In this document: positions 36,214 to 45,799 of the stretch, piece by piece
Numbering within the stretch: position 1 is the first letter of the stretch
How the letters are laid out: each line of letters begins with the position of its first letter
Origin: an uncultured Eubacteriales bacterium
Lineage (GTDB): Bacteria > Bacillota > Clostridia > Oscillospirales > Acutalibacteraceae
Direction: 5' to 3'
Assembly (NCBI GenBank): GCA_964540415.1
Contig: CAZIMM010000002.1
Location: 2,932 to 66,931, forward strand
DNA: 64,000 bases
Program-made: the position numbers and the translations under genes
Notes under the pieces: model-generated
What the model was told of the DNA's origin: nothing
Seen by the model: only the letters and a program-made list of their open reading frames with translations
Database searches by the model: none

Positions 36214-37092
36214 TTGGAATGCCCGAATTGCGGAGAAAAAATCGGAAGATTTGAACTGAGTCAGAATTGCACACACTGCGGAATCAATTTGTTTTACTGT
36301 CAGCAGGAAAAACTTCTCTCATCCGACGCAAAGCGCTGCGAGCTGGAATTTGCCTCTTTGCGGGTTTTTGTCACAAAGCTCAAAACTGCGTTCATCGGCG
36401 GTCCGCTGCAAATTGCGCGCCTTGTGTTCACGCTGGTTTGCGTCGGAATGCTGTTCATTCCGTTCGGTTCGCTGGAGGTGAATATACCTCTCTTCAGCCA
36501 TTCACTCTCTTTTTGGGGATACGGGCTGTACAGCAGCTTCAGCGACGGAAGCCTTTTGGCATTGCTCGACTTTGCGGGAATTGACATTTCGGCGGACATA
36601 GCGCAAAAAGCGCTCATGCTCGTTGCCGCAATGCTTTTTTTGCTGCTTGTTGACCTTGCACTGTTTGCCAGTGAAATTTTGTCCTTAACAAATATCCGCC
36701 GCAGCGCGCGGGCAATGGCAGTGTTGAGCGCTGTCGGTGCTGCCGGGTCGGTGTTTGCCGTTGCTGCGTGTTTCACGCTCAACGGAGCAGAAAATGCCTT
36801 TGCCGACGGCTTGGTGGAAATCTCCTTCGGCTACGGAGGCTTTGCCGCCTTTGCTGCCTACCTTGTTATGCTTGCAATTAACTGCCTGATTCTCAAAAAG
36901 AAAATCGCCCCGCAATACAAGCAGGTTGACCTTGACCGCATTCAAATCCGCAAAAGGGTAAAAAGCGGAGAGCTCACCCTCGAGGAGCTTCCGCTGCCTG
37001 TGCTTGAATCCGAGGAGGAGCGCGAGCAGCGCCTTAAAGAGGAAAAAGAACTGGCCGAAAAAAATACAAAGGCGGTGACGGCCGATGAGTAA
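36214..37092 (+). CDS. membrane protein with N-terminal zinc-ribbon (CxxC...CxxC)
   Basis: TTG start after GGAG. MECPNCGEKIGRFELSQNCTHCG, then about 5 TM segments and a charged C-terminal tail (EEEREQRLKEEKELAEK). Confidence 0.55.
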   Translation: MECPNCGEKIGRFELSQNCTHCGINLFYCQQEKLLSSDAKRCELEFASLRVFVTKLKTAFIGGPLQIARLVFTLVCVGMLFIPFGSLEVNIPLFSHSLSFWGYGLYSSFSDGSLLALLDFAGIDISADIAQKALMLVAAMLFLLLVDLALFASEILSLTNIRRSARAMAVLSAVGAAGSVFAVAACFTLNGAENAFADGLVEISFGYGGFAAFAAYLVMLAINCLILKKKIAPQYKQVDLDRIQIRKRVKSGELTLEELPLPVLESEEEREQRLKEEKELAEKNTKAVTADE

Positions 37093-38428
37093 AGAAAAGG
37101 TTGAAAGCCAGAAAAAGCGTCTGGTCATCTTCGGGCTTTTCAGTGTCATTGCCCTCGTGCTTTGCACCGGAGTTGTCCTGGGCGTTGCGCTTTCTCTTGT
37201 GACGGAGGGAGTTTACGAGTTTGATGTTCCCGCAGCGGAATCCCTCACTGCCATGCCCGAAACCGACGTTCAGACAGTTGACTTTCTCGCAAAACTCATT
37301 GACTCCGCAAAGGACGGCAAACGGGTTTATGCCGATGTGAGCACGGATATTTATGTTGAAAACATATCTCTCGACGGCAGCGAAAGTGAGCGGTCGGTGC
37401 TCAATTATATGCAAAAAACTATTACGGCAAATGTTGACGCAATGTATGCCGAGAATCACACGGGCAGCTTTGAGGACGGCTATAAGGGCTATCCGACAAT
37501 AACCCTTTCTCCCGATGAAATAATCAAAGCCGGCTGTGAGCAGGGCATAAAAGACGTGGACGGCGAAGTTACTCAAACAGATTTTTATTTCTTCAGCCTT
37601 GACTGTGTCGCCGAAAACTATCCTCCGCGCCGTGAAAGCGGAGCTTATTCAACCTTCGGCTTGGAGGAGGATGATAAAATTCTCTCCGCTCTGCGTGCAG
37701 AAGCCGAGCCGATGCTCACGGTTGCGGAGTTAAGGGCTGTGGGCACAGAATTCAGAATCGAGGCACAATCAGAGCGGCTGACCGACCGCCTGAATTATTT
37801 GAGTTTCAGCAGAAAATACTCCGTTGAGCTTGTCGTTGACTTTGCCGGGGACTTTGAAACGCTCGGCAGAAAAACGGTGAAGTTTGATTACACCGTCTGC
37901 GAAATGTTCAATTACACATGGGCGGGAATATCCTTTTCCGAGCAGTCGGTATCTCTCGAAAAGGGCGACACTCATCAGCTTTCCCTGAACGCGGTTATGA
38001 ACGACGATTCCGATTACACCATGCGTCTGGAAAGCTCAAACGAGGCTGTTGCAACTGTTGACGATTTGGGTTATGTCTGCGGAGTTGAAAACAGCCGCGA
38101 GCCGGTTGTCATCACGGCTTATTTAGAATATCTCGGCATAGAGTACACTTCCGAATGTGAGGTCACGGTTTCGGTTCCGGTGAAAAAAATCGAGGTGTCA
38201 GAGGATGAAATGACGCTCGGAGTCGGGCAGACGCAGGCACTTTCCGCCCTGCTGAAGCCGGACAAGGCGACAAACACCGATGTCATCTGGATAAGTGAAA
38301 ACGAGAATGTTGCAGCTGTTTCGGAGGACGGCACGGTAACCGCTCTGAAGCCCGGCACGGCAACGGTGATTGCTGTTGCCGCGGACGGACACTTCAGGGA
38401 TTCCTGCACAGTCACCGTGACAGAATAG
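37085..38428 (+). CDS. membrane-anchored extracytoplasmic protein with C-terminal Ig-like (Big_2-type) domains
   Basis: 447 aa. An N-terminal TM (LVIFGLFSVIALVLCTGVVLGVAL), an unknown domain of about 270 aa, then two Big_2-like repeats (..LSLNAVMN.., ..ALSALLKPDKATNTDVIWISENENVAAVSEDGTVTALKPGTATVIAV..). The start overlaps the upstream gene by 8 nt. Confidence 0.6.
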   Translation: MSKEKVESQKKRLVIFGLFSVIALVLCTGVVLGVALSLVTEGVYEFDVPAAESLTAMPETDVQTVDFLAKLIDSAKDGKRVYADVSTDIYVENISLDGSESERSVLNYMQKTITANVDAMYAENHTGSFEDGYKGYPTITLSPDEIIKAGCEQGIKDVDGEVTQTDFYFFSLDCVAENYPPRRESGAYSTFGLEEDDKILSALRAEAEPMLTVAELRAVGTEFRIEAQSERLTDRLNYLSFSRKYSVELVVDFAGDFETLGRKTVKFDYTVCEMFNYTWAGISFSEQSVSLEKGDTHQLSLNAVMNDDSDYTMRLESSNEAVATVDDLGYVCGVENSREPVVITAYLEYLGIEYTSECEVTVSVPVKKIEVSEDEMTLGVGQTQALSALLKPDKATNTDVIWISENENVAAVSEDGTVTALKPGTATVIAVAADGHFRDSCTVTVTE

Positions 38429-38438
38429 GGGGATAAAA

Positions 38439-39965
38439 GTGGACGATAAGAACAATCAAACCGCCGTAATCGAAAGGGAAGAATCCGCAGCCGGAGAACC
38501 TGTCAGACAAATCCATTTATATAAAGGGCACAACTATGTCGGGGTCAAGGAAACCATCGCTTATCTGTTCAACGACTGGTCAAATTCTTTCAACATCAAC
38601 TCCTTTTCGGAAAGATACATCTGGGACGTTGTGCACATTGATTTCACCATCAGCGCTGTGGTCAACCTGGTCACAACAGCGTGGGATATCATCAACGACA
38701 CGTTCATTTCCGTTATTGTTGACAATACGCGCACCCGCATAGGCAAGTTCAGGCCGTACCTTATCGGCATGCAGCTTCCGCTCACGGTTCTCAGCATGTT
38801 CGGCTGGCTGCTGCCGCTGTTCTTCCCAAACACCTCCGGCACATATATCCCCAAGCTGATTTATTATTATGTTTTTAACATCATCAACGAAACCGCGGGC
38901 ACCTTCACCGGCGTTGCAAAAAGCGGGTATATGTCCACAATAACACCAAACCCGAACGAGAGGGTGAGGCTGATAACCCTCGCCGAGCTGCTGACGGGCT
39001 TCATGGGCGAGGATATGCCGCGGTACATAATGGGCGTGCTCATTGACCTTGTCAATAACAAAGTTGTCAAATGGAAGCTGAGCTCTGTGTTTGTTGTAAT
39101 GGGCTCGTTGACTGCGGTGATTTCCTCGCTGTGCACCTTCTGGTTTTTTATCGCATCGAAAGAAAGAGTTCCGCAGTCAATCGAAAGGCCGAACGTCAAG
39201 GAGGGGCTCAAGGCAATTTTCACAAACTATCCCGTGCTTCTGATGTGTCTTTCGGACTTCCTCGGAAACTTTGCAATCAGCAAGAGCGAAGCGAATTATT
39301 TTATCGACGTTCTGGGCAGTTATTCGCTCATCACTTTGCTGAACATTCCATCCTCAGTCAACGGAAGCATAAGCTATGCCTTCGTTGCTCCGCTGCGAAA
39401 ACGGTTTTCATCAAAAGCACTTTGGATATTTTCGGATATCTACGGGGATGTTCTCAACCTCGGCGTGTTCCTTTTCGGCATCAGCAAACGCAAGACAATG
39501 TTTTACAAAACCGTGCCGATGTGCATTGCGTTCGGCATGAAGGAATGGTTCGGCAAATGGATATGGGGCATAACAAAGGTTATCAATGCGGATTTGTGGA
39601 ACGAGGCAATGGACTACTGCGAGTGGAAAAACGGCTACAGAATGGAGGCTACCACGGGTGTTGCCAAGGGCTTGATTCTGAAAATTCAGGCGGCGCTGCT
39701 CGGCTCGGTGACAAATCTGCTGATGAAAAAAATCGGCTATGTTCAGGGGCTTGCAATCGGAACACAGAACGACAAAACAAAGTTCTGGGAATTCGCGCTT
39801 TGCACTGCTGTGCCGACTGTCACCGGCGCCCTGGGCATCATTCCGAAATTCCTCTGGCCGCTGTCAAGAGAAAAGCGCACGAAGATGTATGACGAGCTGG
39901 CGCAGGTCAGGCAGGACATGGTTTTGGGGTATGTGGACAGCTACACACCCGAAACAGCGGAATAA
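38439..39965 (+). CDS. MFS transporter, glycoside-pentoside-hexuronide (GPH) cation symporter-like
   Basis: The GTG at 38439 sits 5 nt after GGGGGA. 508 aa with about 12 TM segments and GPH-like N-terminal sequence. Confidence 0.65.
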   Translation: MDDKNNQTAVIEREESAAGEPVRQIHLYKGHNYVGVKETIAYLFNDWSNSFNINSFSERYIWDVVHIDFTISAVVNLVTTAWDIINDTFISVIVDNTRTRIGKFRPYLIGMQLPLTVLSMFGWLLPLFFPNTSGTYIPKLIYYYVFNIINETAGTFTGVAKSGYMSTITPNPNERVRLITLAELLTGFMGEDMPRYIMGVLIDLVNNKVVKWKLSSVFVVMGSLTAVISSLCTFWFFIASKERVPQSIERPNVKEGLKAIFTNYPVLLMCLSDFLGNFAISKSEANYFIDVLGSYSLITLLNIPSSVNGSISYAFVAPLRKRFSSKALWIFSDIYGDVLNLGVFLFGISKRKTMFYKTVPMCIAFGMKEWFGKWIWGITKVINADLWNEAMDYCEWKNGYRMEATTGVAKGLILKIQAALLGSVTNLLMKKIGYVQGLAIGTQNDKTKFWEFALCTAVPTVTGALGIIPKFLWPLSREKRTKMYDELAQVRQDMVLGYVDSYTPETAE

Positions 39966-40025
39966 GAAACGGCGAACCCGTTAACGCGGCTGCCGGGCGC
40001 ACTGCAAAATAATACGAATCAAAAA

Positions 40026-40050
40026 GCCACCCGATGAGGGCGGCTTTTTT
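40026..40050 (+). terminator. intrinsic terminator after the transporter gene
   Basis: GCCACCC-GATGA-GGGCGGC (one mismatch), followed by TTTTTT. Confidence 0.65.
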
Positions 40051-40248
40051 AATAGAAAAAATGTGCTTGCGCAGGCTTGTTATGCCCGATGACGATGTGT
40101 CGTTCAGCCGTTAACAGCACCCGATTGCCTCACCTGAAACGGTATCATATATCTGCTTATCCAGTATTTGTCAGTCCTATATTGCCAGCCTTCCATTGAA
40201 AAAAAAGGGTGGAAATGCTATCATTTTCAGTGAAAGGATGGATGAAAA

Positions 40249-41202
40249 ATGGCGCTTGTTGACATACTCACAAGGGCGATGTCTCTTGTTATAACCGCTG
40301 TGATGATTGTCATGCCGACGCTCAACTCTATTACGGGTTACAGAATGCAGGCACGCGATGAGGAGAACATAAAGCTCAACTTTGCAACCATATCGGACGT
40401 GCACATAAAAACCGGAGAATCATCGCGTGTATCGCTGCTCAGGCTCGGGCTGAACGATATTGACCACGCGGCAACGAAGGTGGACGCACTTGTGGCCGCG
40501 GGGGACATAACAGAGGCGGCGGAGGACGCTGAGTTCAAGGCGTTTTTCAATGCTTACAAAAGCTCCTGCCCGGATGCTTACCCGATAATCGCAACCGGAA
40601 ACCATGACACAACCTTTTGTAAAGACGGACTTGCGGCTGCGAAGAAACGCTTTTGCAAATACTACAACGAGGTCTCGGGCAGGGACATAAACTGTGTGTA
40701 TTACAGCAAGGATATCAACGGTTATAAGTTCATTGTTCTCGGAACACAGGGGAATAGCGGCACACAGCTTTACATGAGCGAGGAACAGTTCACCTGGCTT
40801 GACACAAGGCTCAAGGAGGCGACAACAGGCGGCAAGCCGGTGTTTGTCATTTGCCACGAGCCGCTCAATTACACTCACGGTATGCCCTCAATCTGGCCTG
40901 CCGGCCATGTCGGAAGCCAGAGTGACAGGCTGATGACCATGCTGAAAAAATATAAAAACGTGTTTTTCATTTCAGGTCATCTTCATGTCGGGCTTTATGA
41001 AAAAACCGTTGAAAACTACGGCTCGCTTCACTGCATAAATCTGCCCTGTTATCAGTACATCAACAGCAAAAACATCGGCACGGCGCTCAACGGAGTCGGG
41101 CTGCAATTTGAAGTTTATTCCGAAAAGGTTTTAATCAGAGCAAGGTGCTATTCTGGCTCGTCGTGGTATAACAAGTTCAGTTATGAAATCCCGCTGAAAT
41201 AA
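40249..41202 (+). CDS. calcineurin-like metallophosphoesterase with N-terminal hydrophobic anchor/signal
   Basis: 317 aa. MPE motifs SDVHI, GDITE, GNHD, CHEP, GHLHVG. Confidence 0.8.
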   Translation: MALVDILTRAMSLVITAVMIVMPTLNSITGYRMQARDEENIKLNFATISDVHIKTGESSRVSLLRLGLNDIDHAATKVDALVAAGDITEAAEDAEFKAFFNAYKSSCPDAYPIIATGNHDTTFCKDGLAAAKKRFCKYYNEVSGRDINCVYYSKDINGYKFIVLGTQGNSGTQLYMSEEQFTWLDTRLKEATTGGKPVFVICHEPLNYTHGMPSIWPAGHVGSQSDRLMTMLKKYKNVFFISGHLHVGLYEKTVENYGSLHCINLPCYQYINSKNIGTALNGVGLQFEVYSEKVLIRARCYSGSSWYNKFSYEIPLK

Positions 41203-42425
41203 CGCGCGAGCAATTCCTCACGGTTGTTGGATGCTCTGCCGTCAATGACGTCGCCGAGCATCTTTTCCAACAGAGCACCGGTTTGCTGACCGGCAACGCC
41301 GAACGCTTTCAGGTCATTACCCGTCACGGCAAGCTGACTCACGGAAATGCAGGCGTTTTCGCTCACAAACCGTTTCACTGTTGCGGAAAGCCTGTGCACG
41401 GCATTTGCCGCCTGCGTGTCGTCGGTCGCTCCTGCAAGAGCAGCTCTCAGATGCAGCATGTCAAGAACGGGCTGCACGCCGCAGCTTCCGGCAAGCTTTT
41501 TCAGTTCGGCCTCTCCCGGCACGGGAGGGGCTTTTTCATTCAGTTCAAGCAGCAGGCGCACGCCGTTTGTCACGGCCTTTTCGGCCTTGAGCGCGGCGAG
41601 AGTTACGGCGGCAAAATCCGGCAGGGGACTGCCCCCGGTTTCAAGCTTTGACGAAAGAAAAACCGCGGCAAGGCGGAGAATTTTTTCGGGTTTCACAAGG
41701 GGCAGCATCCGGGACAGCAGCTCCTGCCGCACGGCGGAAAAAGCAATCAGGCTGCTCATTGCGGAGCTGTAGCGCAACAGCACGTCTCCGGCATTCTTTC
41801 CGCAGACAAGCTGTGAAAGCTCGGAATACTTTCTCTCGGCGGATATGTTTCCGAGCAGAGCGCTGTTTTCAAAAACCGAGCGGGCGGTTCGCTCCTCAAC
41901 CGTGAAGCCGAGCGTTGCGCTGAACCGCAGGGCGCGCATAATTCTTAAGGCATCCTCACCGAAACGGACATCGGGTTCTCCGACGCAGGATATACGTTCT
42001 GCGGCAATATCTGCAAGCCCGCCGAACGGGTCAATAAGCCCGCGGCTCGGGCTGTACGCCATGGCATTGACGGTGAAGTCCCTTCTGGACAAATCACTCC
42101 GGATGTCCAACAAAAAGCTCACCTTCTCCGGGTGGCGGTTGTCGGAATATGTGCCGTCGGTGCGGTAGGTTGTGACTTCAAGCGGCACAGCATCAACAAT
42201 CACCAGCACCGTGCCGTGCCGTACGGCGTTTTCAATTGCTTTGTGCTGCGGAAAACAAAGCATCGTCTGCTCGGGCAGGGCGTTTGTTGCAATGTCAAAA
42301 TCGTGCGGACTCAGACCCATTGCGGAATCACGCACACAGCCGCCCACGAGAAAGCCCTCAAAGCCGCCCTTTTCGAGCAGCCCGAGAGCTTTTGTAACAT
42401 ATGATGGGATTTTGAATTCAATCAT
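41181..42425 (-). CDS. cca: CCA-adding tRNA nucleotidyltransferase
   Basis: 414 aa. LVGGCVRD motif and poly(A) polymerase-family head domain. Its 3' end overlaps the convergent phosphoesterase gene by 22 nt. Confidence 0.85.
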   Translation of the reverse strand: MIEFKIPSYVTKALGLLEKGGFEGFLVGGCVRDSAMGLSPHDFDIATNALPEQTMLCFPQHKAIENAVRHGTVLVIVDAVPLEVTTYRTDGTYSDNRHPEKVSFLLDIRSDLSRRDFTVNAMAYSPSRGLIDPFGGLADIAAERISCVGEPDVRFGEDALRIMRALRFSATLGFTVEERTARSVFENSALLGNISAERKYSELSQLVCGKNAGDVLLRYSSAMSSLIAFSAVRQELLSRMLPLVKPEKILRLAAVFLSSKLETGGSPLPDFAAVTLAALKAEKAVTNGVRLLLELNEKAPPVPGEAELKKLAGSCGVQPVLDMLHLRAALAGATDDTQAANAVHRLSATVKRFVSENACISVSQLAVTGNDLKAFGVAGQQTGALLEKMLGDVIDGRASNNREELLARYFSGIS

Positions 42426-42446
42426 GTCAGACTGTCACCGCCGCAG

Positions 42447-44030
42447 TTAATCGTCTGCCTGCTTTTCGTCCGAATCAGCCTCGTCCTTTTCCGGGGCAAG
42501 GGCTATGTCAAACCAGAAGGTCACGCCGTCCTCGCCGTTGCTCACGCCGTAATCCTGAGAGTGCATTTCCTGAATTGCCTTGGCAATCGACAGGCCGAGA
42601 CCGAAACGCCCCTCGGAGCGGGAGTGGGATTTGTCGGAGCGGTAAAAGCTAATCCAGATGTTGTTGATGTCATCCTCGGCAATCAGCTCACCGGTGTTGA
42701 AAACACTCACTCTGTATTTATCACCGAGCTTTTCTCCGCTGATGTCAATTCTTTTTTCGCCGTCCGCGTGGTGGATGGCGTTTGAAACAAAGTTTCCGAA
42801 CACCATTTCGAGCTTGCCGGGGTCTCCCAAGCCGAAAACTCCGCTGTCAACACTGTTTGTAACCTTTATGCCGAGATCGTCGGCGAGAATGCCGTAGGAA
42901 TAGAGAATGTTTGAAACAAACTGCGAAATTTCAAAGCGCTCGGGAGCGAGAGAATAAGAGCCGGACTCGTATTTCGAAAGCTCGAGCAGCTCCCAGACCA
43001 GCCTGTTCATTCGGTGGGTTTCCTCGATGATGATGTCGCAGTATTCCTGCGGGTCGTAGCTCGATTTGTTGATGCCGAGCTTGATGCCCTCCGCGTAGCC
43101 CTGAATAATTGCAATTGGGGTTTTCAGCTCGTGGGACGCGTTGGAAATGAATTCCTTGCGCGTCTGCTCAAGGCGGCGCTCATGCTCGATGTCTTCCTCA
43201 AGCCGTTTGTTTTTTTCCTGCAAATCGCGCATGGCGGAATCCAGGTTTGCGGAAAGTGTGTTGATGCTTTGCCCCAATTCGCCGATTTCGTTGACTGCAT
43301 AGGGCGGACAGCGGTGGCTGAAATCAAAGTGCGACATGTTGCGGGTTATTTCGTTCATTTCAATGAGCGGCCGTGTGAACCGACGCACGAAGATATACAC
43401 GACGATGCTTATCAGCACAAACGCGACAAAGGCAGTGAGCGTGACAAAGACAATTGCCGAATTGGCGTGAGAGTCAAGATAATTTGTCTTTGACATGATT
43501 TTGATGAAGCCGCCGTTTGCAATCGCCTTGCCGTAGACAAGGTACTGCACATCACGCCCCAGCTCCTGCTGCATTTCGAAATAGCTTCCGTCGCGGTTGT
43601 CCTTGTGCCTGATTGTCACCATGTTTTTGCGGCGGTAGCCCCCGATGATGTCTGAGGAGGAGCTGAGCCAGTCGTTGAAAAGGCTGCTGATGGCCGAGGA
43701 ATAAACGAGCACGTTTGAGGAGTTGTAAATTTCAACCTCAATATTGTTGTTGTTTTCGATGCCGTACATATCGCTATAAAAAGTCTGGCTTGTGGAATTG
43801 AGCATGCCCTCAATTTCAACGCAGACGCTTTTTATGCTTCGCTGAGCATTGAAAAGATAAACAGCGTTGAGAAACTGTGAGTTTGCAAGGGTAATCAGCA
43901 AAACACCCACGCAGACAATCGCCGTTATCGGCAAAAAAAGCTGAGCGCGTATTTTTTTATAGCCGTGGGGCAGGGACTGCCTTGCAGCTTTATTTATGTT
44001 TTTGTTTGATGCTTTTTTATTTTCATCCAT
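42447..44030 (-). CDS. two-component sensor histidine kinase
   Basis: 527 aa. Two TM segments flank an extracytoplasmic domain, followed by HAMP, the H-box SHELKTP and a HATPase_c domain (..GLGLSIAK..). Confidence 0.9.
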   Translation of the reverse strand: MDENKKASNKNINKAARQSLPHGYKKIRAQLFLPITAIVCVGVLLITLANSQFLNAVYLFNAQRSIKSVCVEIEGMLNSTSQTFYSDMYGIENNNNIEVEIYNSSNVLVYSSAISSLFNDWLSSSSDIIGGYRRKNMVTIRHKDNRDGSYFEMQQELGRDVQYLVYGKAIANGGFIKIMSKTNYLDSHANSAIVFVTLTAFVAFVLISIVVYIFVRRFTRPLIEMNEITRNMSHFDFSHRCPPYAVNEIGELGQSINTLSANLDSAMRDLQEKNKRLEEDIEHERRLEQTRKEFISNASHELKTPIAIIQGYAEGIKLGINKSSYDPQEYCDIIIEETHRMNRLVWELLELSKYESGSYSLAPERFEISQFVSNILYSYGILADDLGIKVTNSVDSGVFGLGDPGKLEMVFGNFVSNAIHHADGEKRIDISGEKLGDKYRVSVFNTGELIAEDDINNIWISFYRSDKSHSRSEGRFGLGLSIAKAIQEMHSQDYGVSNGEDGVTFWFDIALAPEKDEADSDEKQADD

Positions 44031-44039
44031 ATGAATGCC

Positions 44040-44726
44040 TTATGCTCCGGCTTCGATTTTGTAGCCGATTCCGTACACGGTTTTGATGTGCGCGTTGCCC
44101 CAGTCCCCGAGCTTGGTTCTCAGCCTTGCCATGTGTGAGTCAACGGTGCGGATGTCACCCGCGTAATCGAAACCCCAGATGTCGTCAAGCAATTGGTCGC
44201 GCGAATAAACCCTGCCGATGCTTGTGAGCAGCTTAATAAGAATGCTGTACTCCTTGAGGGTCAGCTCCACACGCTCGCCGTCAAGCAGAACCTCGTGTGC
44301 GTTTTCATCAACAAAGAGCTCACCCAGCCGCAGCCCCTCGCTGTCCTCCGTCTTTTCGCCGGACGCGCGCTTGAGCAGCGCTTCAACCCTTTTCATAAGA
44401 ACAGTTGGGCTGAAGGGCTTGGTTACATAATCGTCCGCACCCACTTCAAAACCCATGAGCTCGTCGAACTCCTGGCTGCGGGCGGTGAGAAGAATAATCG
44501 GCACACCGGAGAATTTGCGTATCACACGGCAGACCTCCCAGCCGTCCATATCAGGCATCATGATGTCAACAATCATCAGCGCGGTGTCGGGGTTGTTTTC
44601 GAAAAGCTTTACGGCAACATCGCCGTCGTCTGCCTCAAGAGGCTCGTAATCCTCGGCGCGAAGAAAGTCGCACACAAGACGTCTGATACGTTGCTCGTCG
44701 TCTGCAACGATAATTTTCTTTCCCAT
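44040..44726 (-). CDS. OmpR-family response regulator
   Basis: 228 aa. Receiver domain (..DIMMPDMDG..) plus a winged-helix trans_reg_C domain (..VYGIGYK..). Confidence 0.92.
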   Translation of the reverse strand: MGKKIIVADDEQRIRRLVCDFLRAEDYEPLEADDGDVAVKLFENNPDTALMIVDIMMPDMDGWEVCRVIRKFSGVPIILLTARSQEFDELMGFEVGADDYVTKPFSPTVLMKRVEALLKRASGEKTEDSEGLRLGELFVDENAHEVLLDGERVELTLKEYSILIKLLTSIGRVYSRDQLLDDIWGFDYAGDIRTVDSHMARLRTKLGDWGNAHIKTVYGIGYKIEAGA

Positions 44727-44884
44727 GGAAAAGACCTCCCGTTTGTTGATGTGAATATTCTATCACACAGCATTTTATCTTTCAAGGCACTTCACAATGA
44801 ATTTACAAATCCACAACACACGCGTGTAATATCTGCAGACGTACAGCATAGATATTTAATATCAAACGCTAAAAGGAGAACAAA

Positions 44885-45799
44885 ATGTCAGAGGCTGATA
44901 ATATCAAAGCATATGACGAAACCTATTCCGACGCACTTCCGCGCGCAACCGACAAACCGAAAAAAGGCGATTGGCTTACGGGTCTGACGTTTTTTCAGTG
45001 CGTGATATGCGCCGTGCTGCTGGTTTTGCTTTTGTGTATGCAAAAGCTCGCGCCCGCGTCGTTTGACAGGCTGGGCGAAGCATATGCAAAGGTGATGAGC
45101 GTGGACCTGACCGCCTCCGAGGTTTCAGACGTTATGAAGCGCATCAGAAACTTTGTGGTTGCGCCCGCGGTTGAAGGAACAACCGTTTTTTCGGAAGAAA
45201 CGGGCACAACAATCGCGGAAGACGAAACGACAAGTGACGAAGACGAAACGACAAGTGACGAAGACGCCGCAACAAGCGCGGAAGACGGCACAACGCGGGA
45301 GGAAAAGGCAACAGGGGGTGAGGGAGGCGAGGATGTCGGGCTGTATGAGGCACTCGGAACAACAAGCTTTGCTCCGTATTTTTTAACCGACGATATATGT
45401 GTGCCCGTGCACGGCAGAGTGTCCTCCGGCTTCGGCTACAGAATTCATCCCGTAACGGAGTCATGGAGCTTTCACACCGGAATTGACATTGCCGCAGACG
45501 AGGATACACGAATCGCCGCCGCGCTTGACGGTGTGATAACCGAGGCGGGTTATAATGACGAAAGAGGCTACTACATTATTATGACTCATTCCGACGGACT
45601 TGAAACCGCATACTACCACTGCTCGGAGCTTGTTGCTGAGCAGGGGGCAAGGGTGCTGAAAGGGGAAACCGTCGCGCGGGTGGGCAGCACCGGACGCTCC
45701 ACCGGACCGCATCTGCATTTTGAAATCAGAATAAACAATGTGCGCTGCAACCCGGCTTTTGCGGCGGATTACAAAGCTGTTGACGGCGAGAGTATGTGA
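44885..45799 (+). CDS. membrane-anchored M23 (LytM) peptidase, SpoIVFA-like position
   Basis: SD AAAGGAGAA. One TM segment, an acidic Thr/Ser-rich repeat linker, then an M23 domain with intact HxxxD (HTGID) and HxH (HLHFE) motifs. Confidence 0.8.
   Translation: MSEADNIKAYDETYSDALPRATDKPKKGDWLTGLTFFQCVICAVLLVLLLCMQKLAPASFDRLGEAYAKVMSVDLTASEVSDVMKRIRNFVVAPAVEGTTVFSEETGTTIAEDETTSDEDETTSDEDAATSAEDGTTREEKATGGEGGEDVGLYEALGTTSFAPYFLTDDICVPVHGRVSSGFGYRIHPVTESWSFHTGIDIAADEDTRIAAALDGVITEAGYNDERGYYIIMTHSDGLETAYYHCSELVAEQGARVLKGETVARVGSTGRSTGPHLHFEIRINNVRCNPAFAADYKAVDGESM
45218..45301 (+). repeat. 21-bp in-frame tandem repeat (2 perfect + 2 degenerate units)
   Basis: GAAGACGAAACGACAAGTGAC x2 (45218-45259), then GAAGACGCCGCAACAAGCGCG and GAAGACGGCACAACGCGGGAG. 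These encode EDETTSD EDETTSD EDAATSA EDGTTRE. Confidence 0.9.

Noticed and set aside
39071-39892. A 273-aa same-strand alternative-frame ORF inside the GPH transporter gene.
   Set aside because: The translation is Arg/Gln/Cys/His-rich, with no start signals and no family resemblance. The transporter frame is clearly the coding one, with 12 hydrophobic segments.
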